Assembly: GCA_903826635.1 (NCBI GenBank)
Contig: CAIKFI010000182.1
Coordinates: forward strand, 1-20,621
Direction of reading: 5' to 3'
From: an uncultured Spartobacteria bacterium
GTDB lineage: Bacteria; Verrucomicrobiota; Verrucomicrobiia; Chthoniobacterales; UBA6821
Length of the DNA stretch: 20,621 nucleotides
Below, piece by piece: positions 1-7,052 of the stretch. The position numbers and the translations under genes were made by a program. Under the pieces are notes generated by a model, which saw nothing but the letters and a program-made list of their open reading frames with translations, did not search any database and was not told the origin of the DNA. The first letter of the stretch is position 1, and every line of letters begins with the position of its first letter.

Positions 1-387
1 CAGTTCGAGTACATCATGCGCGATGAGTCGATCCACCTGAACTTCGGGATCGATCTCATCAACGGCATCCGCGAGGAGAATCCCGAGGCCTGGACGCCCC
101 AACTCGAGGCTGAGATTCGCACCATGATCCTCAAGGCTGTCGAGCTTGAGGTTGCCTACGCCCAAGATTGCATGCCCCGCGGCATCCTCGGTCTGAATGC
201 CAGTCTCTTCCGTGAGTATGTCCAGTACATCGCAGATCGCCGTTTCGACCGCCTTGGTATGACTCAGGAGTTCGGCAGTCAGAACCCCTTCCCTTGGATG
301 AGCGAAGTGGCCGATCTCTCCAAGGAGGCTAACTTCTTCGAGACCAAGGTGACGTCCTATCAGAACGCCGGCGCTCTCGAATGGTAA
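1..387 (+). CDS. nrdB: Ribonucleotide-diphosphate reductase beta subunit (class I R2), C-terminal fragment. The 5' end lies upstream of the window.
   Basis: Frame 1 is open from base 1 ([20 protein letters not shown]...), so the ATG at 16 is internal. The translation carries conserved R2 C-terminal elements ([33 protein letters not shown] tail). Stop TAA at 385-387. Confidence 0.9.
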   Translation, partial: QFEYIMRDESIHLNFGIDLINGIREENPEAWTPQLEAEIRTMILKAVELEVAYAQDCMPRGILGLNASLFREYVQYIADRRFDRLGMTQEFGSQNPFPWMSEVADLSKEANFFETKVTSYQNAGALEW

Positions 388-562
388 TTTAACTTGGGCT
401 TTTGTCCTTGGGCTTTGTTCTCATCCCTCTCCCTATGGCGAGAATGGAGCTTCGTTTTTCTAGCCTAGTCTAAGAACAAAACTCACGTCGCCAAAGCTAA
501 CTGATCAGTAGGATTTCCTCCCCGAGATCCCGTGGTTTTTCCGCGGGAAAATCCACCCAGAG

Positions 563-601
563 GCAGCCCCCGACAGAAACGTCGCAGGCTGCTTCTATTT
601 C
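563..601 (+). terminator. Possible intrinsic terminator downstream of nrdB
   Basis: GCAGCC (563-568) pairs with GGCTGC (587-592), and an inner CGAC/GTCG helix adds to the stem. TTCTATTTC follows immediately. It sits about 175 nt after the nrdB stop. The T-tract is interrupted, so this is only moderate evidence. Confidence 0.35.
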
Positions 602-651
602 AGGGTTTTAGGCTGTAGATAGGGGGGCTGTTAAGCCACAGTCACGGATCC

Positions 652-2727
652 ATGAACCATCGGTCGCTCTTCTTCCTGCTGATACTGCTGCCTTCACTTT
701 CGCAAGCGCAGACGAAGCCCTTCGAGATGAAGGTCAAGATCGGGGATCGTATGATCGGAACTTTTGATCCTCGCCGCTCCTTCGGTGCAGGAATCGACGG
801 CCATGAGCAAGGGGACTGTCTGAGGATGCTTTCATCGGGAAATGTGATGCAGATGCTGGGGGCGGGATTGGGCCCGATCTCTTACCGTCTCAGGACGGAA
901 TTGGCCGTGGAGGCCTGGCACTGGAACCCTAGGGGAAGTTGGAGTGATTCGGTTCACGGGCAGGGTTACTGGACCTCGGAATCCAGACCCGATCCCTTCC
1001 ATCCGATCCTTCTCTCTTACGGTTACAAGCTCCCGCGCCGCGGCAATACGATCGACGAGGCGAACGATGACGGCTACTCGCGACTCGATGACGATGATCC
1101 AAAGACCTTTTGGAAGAGCAATCCATACCTCTCTCAGTCCTACACGGGAGAACCCGATTCCCGTCATCCTCAATGGGTGGTGCTCGATTTTGGAAAACCT
1201 GTTCCCGTGAATGCGATCAGGATCCAGTGGGCAGAACCATATGCAACCAAGTTCCGGGTCGAATATGCCGATAAGGGAAGGGTTTACTTCGGGGGACATC
1301 CTTGGAACCTCTTTGTCCCTGTCTGGCATAGATTTTCCAACGGAGTTATGACTTGTGGCGGGGGAGGGGACCAATTCCTGAAGCTGGCAGATCATCCCGT
1401 GAAGGCCCGTTACCTGAGGATTTGGATGACGGAGAGCTCCGGGACCGCTTTGCCCAGAGCAACAGACCCTCGTGATCATCTGGGATACTCGATCCGGGAA
1501 GTGAGCGCCGGGGAGGCGGATCAATACTCCTTTGATGATCATGTCATTCATCAGCCCGGCAAAGGGCAGACCATCACCTATGCATCTTCGACGGATCCAT
1601 GGCATCGAGTGAGCGATCGGGATCCGAAAGTTGAGCAACCTGGAGTTGATCTGATTGCCCGATGTGGCATCACGCGGGGGCTTCCCCTCATGTTGGGCGT
1701 GCCTGTGTTGTATGACACTCCGGAGAATGCGGCGGGATTGGCCGCGTATATTCAACGATCGGGGATTCCGGTCAGCCGCTACGAGTTGGGTGAAGAGCCT
1801 GATGGCCAACGCGTCGATCCCCACGATTTCGGGGTGCTCTATGCCCAGGTAAGCCGTGCCGTCAGAAAAATCGTGCCCGATGCCGTGATGGGCGGTCCGA
1901 GTTTTGTGACAGTGGATGCAGAGCCGGGTGATGATCAGACTTATCGCTTTGATAAGAGATGGTGGATCCGGGATTTTCTGAGTGAACTGCGGCATCGGAA
2001 CCAATCCCGGGACGTTCGATTCCTCTCCTTCGAGTGGTATCCCTTCGACGATGTCGACGGAAAGGAAACGGAACAGTTGCCGAGGGCTTCGGGAATGCTT
2101 GCGCGCACGATGGCTTCAATGCGGACCTTTCATCTGCCGCTGGTGATTGGTGAACTGAATTACTCCGTCTTTCCCTGTCAGCAGGAGGTTGATCTCGCCG
2201 GTGGTCTTCTGAATGCCGAGACCATGGCCCAGTTCCTTTGTGAGGGAGGGGATGCTGCCTTTTATTACGGCTATGAGCCCAACAGATTGGAGGGGAGCAG
2301 TGGTTCCTGGGGAAATCAATTGATGCTCTTGCAAGCTGATGGGAACTCCGTGCCGGTAGCTACCTTTCAGTCCCTAAGTCTCCTGACTTGTAAATGGATG
2401 AATCCACAGGGAGGTCCTCATGCCGTCCTTCCAGTGAGGATCTCCGGAGATCAGGAGAAGTTGCTGAGTTCCTTTGCATTGAAGCGTCCTGATGGCACCC
2501 GATCCCTGCTTGTGATCAACAAAGATGCCCTGCATCCCGTAAGACTCTCTATCAAGGGGTTGGGTAAGCACTCAGTGACCCTCACGTCGTATTCTTCCGC
2601 TCAATACTCTTGGCGCTCCCAAGGTGAAAATGGACATCCTTCATTAAACCTGCCCCCCTTAAATCAACAGGTTTCAGTTGATCAACCGATCAGTATTCCC
2701 CCTTGGTCGGTTTCTGTGATCAGGTGA
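652..2727 (+). CDS. Secreted protein with an F5/8 type C (discoidin/CBM32-like) domain embedded in a putative (beta/alpha)8 glycoside-hydrolase-like fold. Family not assigned.
   Basis: 691-aa ORF with a Sec signal peptide (MNHRSLFFLLILLPSLSQA/QT). Discoidin-like block at about aa 135-290 (FWKSNPY...WVVLDFGKPVPVNAIRIQWAEPYATKFRVEY...ARYLRIWMTESSG). Clan-A-like candidate catalytic strands follow (YELGEEPDG in the position of an NEP motif; VIGELNYS), then a C-terminal beta-sandwich-like tail (LLVINKD...). The 390-aa antisense ORF at 832-2004 is low-complexity and Arg/Pro-rich, and I treat it as a shadow ORF. Confidence 0.75.
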   Translation: MNHRSLFFLLILLPSLSQAQTKPFEMKVKIGDRMIGTFDPRRSFGAGIDGHEQGDCLRMLSSGNVMQMLGAGLGPISYRLRTELAVEAWHWNPRGSWSDSVHGQGYWTSESRPDPFHPILLSYGYKLPRRGNTIDEANDDGYSRLDDDDPKTFWKSNPYLSQSYTGEPDSRHPQWVVLDFGKPVPVNAIRIQWAEPYATKFRVEYADKGRVYFGGHPWNLFVPVWHRFSNGVMTCGGGGDQFLKLADHPVKARYLRIWMTESSGTALPRATDPRDHLGYSIREVSAGEADQYSFDDHVIHQPGKGQTITYASSTDPWHRVSDRDPKVEQPGVDLIARCGITRGLPLMLGVPVLYDTPENAAGLAAYIQRSGIPVSRYELGEEPDGQRVDPHDFGVLYAQVSRAVRKIVPDAVMGGPSFVTVDAEPGDDQTYRFDKRWWIRDFLSELRHRNQSRDVRFLSFEWYPFDDVDGKETEQLPRASGMLARTMASMRTFHLPLVIGELNYSVFPCQQEVDLAGGLLNAETMAQFLCEGGDAAFYYGYEPNRLEGSSGSWGNQLMLLQADGNSVPVATFQSLSLLTCKWMNPQGGPHAVLPVRISGDQEKLLSSFALKRPDGTRSLLVINKDALHPVRLSIKGLGKHSVTLTSYSSAQYSWRSQGENGHPSLNLPPLNQQVSVDQPISIPPWSVSVIR

Positions 2728-2906
2728 GCGCCGGAGCTGTTTCGTTAAAGATGTGCCCTTGCATTTAAAATCACCATGGGGCGGTCGTCGAGAGGCAGAT
2801 GAGCGGGTTGGAGTCGATGTGCTACTGCCCAAGCGATGTGACACTTTAGAAAGCTGAATGTCGCCTCAAAGAACGGCTCTAGAATTCTTGAAACTGCTCT
2901 GATGCC

Positions 2907-3449
2907 TCAGCGCAAAAATACCCAGCTGATCCCTGCCGCGGCAACGATCATAATGACGGGGTTAAGCTTGGTGAAGAGCATGAGGCAGAGGGCGATCACG
3001 CCCATGATGGCGGTCGGAATGGTATGGATGGAGTGTTTCGCGATGATGAAAGCGGCGGCCAGGATGAGCCCTGTGGAGATTGGCATCATGGCGCGCTGGA
3101 TGGATTCATGCCAGGGAGAGGTCTTCCAGCTATCCCAAAAACGACCCACGATCAGAACCAAGATCGAACTGGGGAGGAACATTGCCACGGTGGCAACCAA
3201 GGCGCCCAAGATCGCGATTACGTAACCATACTCCATGCAGGCCTTGAGCCCCACCAGGGTGACAACCATCATCGAGGGACCATCGATGATGCTGATACCA
3301 AAGAGGTCAACGAACTGCTGATTAGACATCCAGTGGTAGTGGTTCACCGCCTGCTGTTGCAAGGTTGGTAGAACCACCTTCCCCCCGCCGAATGCGGAGA
3401 TCGAAAGGATCATGAACAATGCGACAAGATGGCCGAAGGTCTGGATCAT
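2907..3449 (-). CDS. chrA: Short-chain chromate ion transporter (CHR family), second half-size subunit
   Basis: 180-aa polytopic membrane protein with the CHR signature (ISAFGGGKVVLPTLQQQAVNHYHWMSNQQFVDLFGIS). Its ATG (3447-3449) overlaps the upstream gene's TGA (3446-3448) as ATGA. A strong SD, AAGGAGGT, sits 7 nt upstream of the ATG. Confidence 0.85.
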   Translation of the reverse strand: MIQTFGHLVALFMILSISAFGGGKVVLPTLQQQAVNHYHWMSNQQFVDLFGISIIDGPSMMVVTLVGLKACMEYGYVIAILGALVATVAMFLPSSILVLIVGRFWDSWKTSPWHESIQRAMMPISTGLILAAAFIIAKHSIHTIPTAIMGVIALCLMLFTKLNPVIMIVAAAGISWVFLR

Positions 3450-4066
3450 GAGGCTACCTCCTTTTGTTTTTGAGCTTCGTCCTTCTTGTCAGGACGCGGT
3501 CTGTGCCACCAGATGGCAATGGGACCTAGAAGCAGGATCACATACTGGACATGGAGGTGTGCTAATCGAACGAGCAGGAAGGTGATGAGGATCATCATCA
3601 CATCAAAGACTCCCCGGATGGCTTTTTGCCCAGCCTCGAAGACCATGCTAGCCATCAGGCCGCAAGCCACTGCGGTCACGCCAGCTAGCAAGGCCTTGGA
3701 GTCGGTATTCTCACCGTAATGGAAATAGAGCAACCCCAGGCAGCTAACGAGGATGAAGGGAGGGGTCATGATGGAGAGGAGCGCCACCGTTGCCCCCAAT
3801 AATCCGCGCAGATGGTTTCCGATGTAGACTGAAATCCCCACTACCCGGGCTCCGGGAAGGATTTGAACAATGGCGAGCGCCGAGAAGAACTCCTCGTCGG
3901 TAAGCCAACCCTTCTGGGTCACTGCAAGACGTCGGATGTAGGCGGTCAGACCTCCCCCAAAACTGGTCAGGCCAATGAGTCCGAAGAAGAAGATCAACTC
4001 CCAAAGACTTACCCTTGGCGGGGTATCCGAGACCGGTTCGGCCGTAATGTCAGGATTTTTTGACAC
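3446..4066 (-). CDS. chrA: Short-chain chromate ion transporter (CHR family), first half-size subunit. Start uncertain.
   Basis: CHR signature present (SLWELIFFFGLIGLTSFGGGLTAYIRRLAVTQKGWLTDEEFFSALAIVQILPGA). The ORF is open back to an ATG at 4192, but that start would overlap the upstream PLD gene by 143 nt. An ATG at 4120 would overlap by 71 nt. A GTG at 4066 overlaps by only 17 nt and leaves about 18 residues before the first conserved block, giving the length typical of half-size CHR proteins. I chose GTG 4066. Confidence 0.75.
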   Translation of the reverse strand: MSKNPDITAEPVSDTPPRVSLWELIFFFGLIGLTSFGGGLTAYIRRLAVTQKGWLTDEEFFSALAIVQILPGARVVGISVYIGNHLRGLLGATVALLSIMTPPFILVSCLGLLYFHYGENTDSKALLAGVTAVACGLMASMVFEAGQKAIRGVFDVMMILITFLLVRLAHLHVQYVILLLGPIAIWWHRPRPDKKDEAQKQKEVAS

Positions 4067-5108
4067 TGGCCCGGGACTTTTCTTCGTGGGCTTGGATCTC
4101 GGCAAGCGCCTTGGCGGCATGCTTTTCCTGATCGTCCTTGATGCCCTCATCGGTGAGATCCATCTTCTTGGAGTTTTCCCAGTCGGACTCAAAAATTTTC
4201 ACCAGACGGTGGACGAGATCGGGATCGCTGAAGCGGATTCCCAATTCCCGGCGTTCATTGAAGCACTTCGGATAGATGTTGAAGGAACTCAGGAGGGCTC
4301 TCTGTTTGTCCGCAAGGATAAGCTTCGCATGGAGATGAACGCCTTTGAGTTTATGAACGTTGATTCCCAGATCCTCAAGCAATCGAAGTCCCGCCACCCC
4401 CTCGAGGATGTAAAACTCCCTGAGTGAATGGACCGGCAGCGCTGTGGCGTGAACCTTTACGTTACGTTTCATTTTGGCTCGCACCAGGGCTTCGATCACG
4501 GGCGTATCGACATATTTCTCATGCTGGATGAAGAGGGACTTTTCGGCGCCATCGATGAAGTTAATGACCTCCTGCCGGGATCGCCCGACACTCCAGATGA
4601 TATTGGAGACCGCCGGAGGGGTGAAATCCTCCCTGTTCCAATCAGCCTCGAAACAACCGGCAACTTCGGCAACCTCATCCGGATCGTTGGTCACTAGGCC
4701 GTAGTCGCGCGTCAGACCGAAGTATTTCGGGGCCCAGTTGAGTGACATAATGAAGGCCTGGCAACCATCGACCACCATCGATTTTTCATGGGTGATCGGA
4801 TACTTGGGATTGGTCTCCTTGACATTCACCTTCGCATTTTTGAAGAACTCGAAGGCCTCGTCGTTGTCATGCTCCCCGGTGAAGCGGGAGGGATTGAGCA
4901 TCACGCGGACCTTCAAGCCCCTCTTGTGGGCCGCAATCACCGCCTCGATGAGGACGTGATCGGTGAACTGGAACATCTTGATATCGAGTGACTTTTTCGC
5001 CCCTTCAAGAGTCTTGAGGATGGGAGTGATGCCATCGTCCGGTTGGACGATCAGATTATGGACGGCGTCTTGGAACATGGCACTTATTTCATCCGATCCA
5101 GATCCCAT
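4050..5108 (-). CDS. Soluble phospholipase D-fold protein with two intact HKD motifs. Could be a PLD-family phosphodiesterase, nuclease or phospholipid synthase; substrate unknown.
   Basis: Two complete HxK(x)4D(x)6(G/S)SxN motifs: HEKSMVVDGCQAFIMSLN and HAKLILADKQRALLSSFN. Each follows a PLDc_2-like repeat (e.g. LIVQPDDGITPILKTLEGAKKSLDIKMFQF). No signal peptide or transmembrane segment. The ORF-track start at 5144 is a TTG. I prefer the ATG at 5108 (MGSGSDE...), which is preceded by AGGAG 12 nt upstream. Confidence 0.85.
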   Translation of the reverse strand: MGSGSDEISAMFQDAVHNLIVQPDDGITPILKTLEGAKKSLDIKMFQFTDHVLIEAVIAAHKRGLKVRVMLNPSRFTGEHDNDEAFEFFKNAKVNVKETNPKYPITHEKSMVVDGCQAFIMSLNWAPKYFGLTRDYGLVTNDPDEVAEVAGCFEADWNREDFTPPAVSNIIWSVGRSRQEVINFIDGAEKSLFIQHEKYVDTPVIEALVRAKMKRNVKVHATALPVHSLREFYILEGVAGLRLLEDLGINVHKLKGVHLHAKLILADKQRALLSSFNIYPKCFNERRELGIRFSDPDLVHRLVKIFESDWENSKKMDLTDEGIKDDQEKHAAKALAEIQAHEEKSRASVKKS

Positions 5109-5179
5109 GTCAATGAATGACTCCTGTTTACTGCACGAACACAAACTAGGGATTGTTAACTGACTGGAATGCGTCCCCT

Positions 5180-6721
5180 TTACATGAGTGTCGCGCCCAT
5201 CTCGGCCAACATGCTCCTCTCGCCTTTTGTCAGGGAGATGTGGGCGGTCAGTTTTTGTCCTCGTAGACGGTTGCGAGTGTGGACAAGTCCGTTGGAGCGA
5301 CGATCGACGTAGGGGTTGTCAATTTGGGCGGGGTCTCCGACCATTACGAGTTTGGATCCTTTGGACATTCGGGTCACGACCGTCTTTGCCTCCAGCGGAG
5401 TGAGTTGCTGGGCTTCGTCGAGCACGAAAAAGCGGTTCGGAATGGAGCGACCTCGGATGTAGCAGAGGGCCTCGATTTCAAGGAGGCCTCGTTGGATGAG
5501 CTGTTCATACGGTTTCATTGGGGTCTGTCCCGTTGATCCGGAATCCTGTTGCTGGGCGACCTGTTTCTTCTGCTTTTTACGCTCCGAGGCATGCTGGCCC
5601 TGCTGAGTCTCATGGCGGTTTGGATGGAGCGGCAGGAGAACCTCAAAGGCATCATAGATCGACTGCAGCCAAGGATGGAGTTTTTCATTCAGCGTGCCGG
5701 GAAGAAAGCCCAGGGTATCTCCCATGGCGACCACGGGACGGCTGACGGTCATACCGTTATATTCTCTCTGCGACGTGAGGAAGAGTCCCGCCGCCACGGC
5801 AATCAGGGTCTTGCCCGTTCCTGCCTGACCGTAGCAGGTGATGAGCGAAATCGAGGGATCGAGGAGGGCATCAAGGAAGCATAATTGGCCGAGGTTGGCG
5901 GGTCGTAATTCGATCCCTCTCGGCATCTGCAGACTCTGGGGAACCTTCAGTCTCTGGAAGTGACCGTTGCCCATGTGTCGTGCCGGCATCAATTTCTGTT
6001 CGGATGCCTCAAGAAGGACATACTCATTGATCTCCAGCGGACCTGTCCTGCCGGCCTCCAAGTCGATGCTCAAAGAACTTCCGAAGCGCTGGAGTTCGTG
6101 GGATTCGACCTTGATCTTACGGATTTCACCCTCCTCGGCGTCCTCCACGGAGACCTTGTCATTGAGATAGTCCTGACAGGTGATTCCAAGCGCCATCGCC
6201 TTGAGTTGCATGTTCAGATCCTTGGTGATCAGGATGCAGGGAAGAGGCTGCTTCTCCTGAAGGGCAATGCAGGCAGCCATGATCTTGTGATCGACATGTT
6301 CCCGGTCGGGAAAAATCTCCATAAACCTGCGGATCGAGGGCGATGGCTTCTCTTGGAGCAGGGCGTCATTGATGTAAATCCTGACGGTGCCTCCGCCGTC
6401 CGTCTCCACCCCGCTGGTCACTTTCGTCGTTTGATGATCGAAGATCTGGGTCAGAAACCGGTGCACGGTTCGTGCGTTTGCTCCCCGCTCGGTCTGTTCA
6501 TTCTTGAATTTGTCCATCTCTCCGAGGACCTCCACAGGAATGAAAACATGGTTGTTTTCAAATCGGTTCAGACAGTTTGGGTCGTGCAGAAGAACATTCG
6601 TATCCAAAATAAAATTCTTAATCTGCTTGGAAACGCTGGCTTTCGAGCTCTTAGGTTTCTTCTTTTTTTGCACGGGCGACGTCGGTTCTTCCAGAGTCTC
6701 AAGCGGGTTTGATCGGAGCAT
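5180..6721 (-). CDS. PhoH2-type protein: N-terminal PIN-domain RNase fused to a PhoH-like P-loop ATPase (YlaK/PhoH2 family)
   Basis: PIN block (FILDTNVLLHDPN...IPVEVLGEMD...ILITKDLNMQLKA). PhoH block with Walker A (GQAGTGKT) and Walker B (FFVLDEAQQ), followed by VMVGDPAQID. 513 aa, with a Lys-rich N-terminal tail and a Gln/Lys-rich internal insert. Confidence 0.9.
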   Translation of the reverse strand: MLRSNPLETLEEPTSPVQKKKKPKSSKASVSKQIKNFILDTNVLLHDPNCLNRFENNHVFIPVEVLGEMDKFKNEQTERGANARTVHRFLTQIFDHQTTKVTSGVETDGGGTVRIYINDALLQEKPSPSIRRFMEIFPDREHVDHKIMAACIALQEKQPLPCILITKDLNMQLKAMALGITCQDYLNDKVSVEDAEEGEIRKIKVESHELQRFGSSLSIDLEAGRTGPLEINEYVLLEASEQKLMPARHMGNGHFQRLKVPQSLQMPRGIELRPANLGQLCFLDALLDPSISLITCYGQAGTGKTLIAVAAGLFLTSQREYNGMTVSRPVVAMGDTLGFLPGTLNEKLHPWLQSIYDAFEVLLPLHPNRHETQQGQHASERKKQKKQVAQQQDSGSTGQTPMKPYEQLIQRGLLEIEALCYIRGRSIPNRFFVLDEAQQLTPLEAKTVVTRMSKGSKLVMVGDPAQIDNPYVDRRSNGLVHTRNRLRGQKLTAHISLTKGERSMLAEMGATLM

Positions 6722-7052
6722 GGGTTGTGATGTGTGGGGTGAGGAAAGTTACGGGGTTAAATTTGCGGATAGGGTGGGCATCCCTTTGCGAATTCGGGAA
6801 AGGTCAGGGGTCGGATACTCTCCCATGAGGTCCCAGAAAGGGGACTCTCAAAAATCACCTGTTCAGGTTGGGGGTTGGAGTCAATCAACTCCTGTTTTCT
6901 ACTATCGGTTCTCTCCAGACTTTCAACTCAAAAATTGTGTCGTTCGCGCCATATTTCATCACATTACTACAAGGGATAGTGTTTCACCTTGTTTATCACA
7001 CCTTACAGATTTTAGCTTTCAGCTCCCTGAGAACAACCTTTATCCTTTTAGG

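Noticed and set aside
832-2004. A 390-aa ORF antisense to the secreted discoidin-domain gene
   Set aside because: The translation is Arg/Pro/Ile-rich with no motifs. The sense frame has a signal peptide and recognisable domains. I treat it as a shadow ORF.
2878-2888. Overlapping XbaI and EcoRI sites, TCTAGAATTC, within the palindrome AGAATTCT. This could suggest a cloning junction, or a second copy of the AGAAT-ATTCT operator seen upstream of the Fur-family gene.
   Set aside because: There is no vector-like sequence around it. The half-site spacing differs from the 12989-12999 palindrome (0 versus 1 nt). Short AT-rich palindromes of this size are expected by chance in intergenic DNA.
5960-6712. 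A 250-aa ORF antisense to PhoH2. Similar antisense ORFs lie at 3975-4427, 7917-8459 and 19846-20298.
   Set aside because: Each lies entirely opposite a gene with clear family motifs and has low-complexity or repeat-mirroring translation (for example GVGVGVGRGVGEGVG opposite the Pro/Thr linker). There is no independent support.
6722-6880. G-quadruplex potential in the G-rich spacer
   Set aside because: Most of the G-runs are separated by loops longer than canonical G4 rules allow (over 7 nt). No set of four closely spaced GGG tracts exists.
6504-7052. A 183-codon N-terminal extension of the lysA ORF that overlaps the phoH2 5' end
   Set aside because: The extension has no similarity to LysA and crosses the divergent intergenic region into phoH2. 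The canonical LysA N-terminus begins exactly at the ATG at 7053.
6990-7052. A lysine riboswitch (L-box) upstream of lysA
   Set aside because: The leader is AT-rich and poorly structured. I could not find the conserved multi-helix L-box core. An Infernal scan would be needed to exclude it formally.
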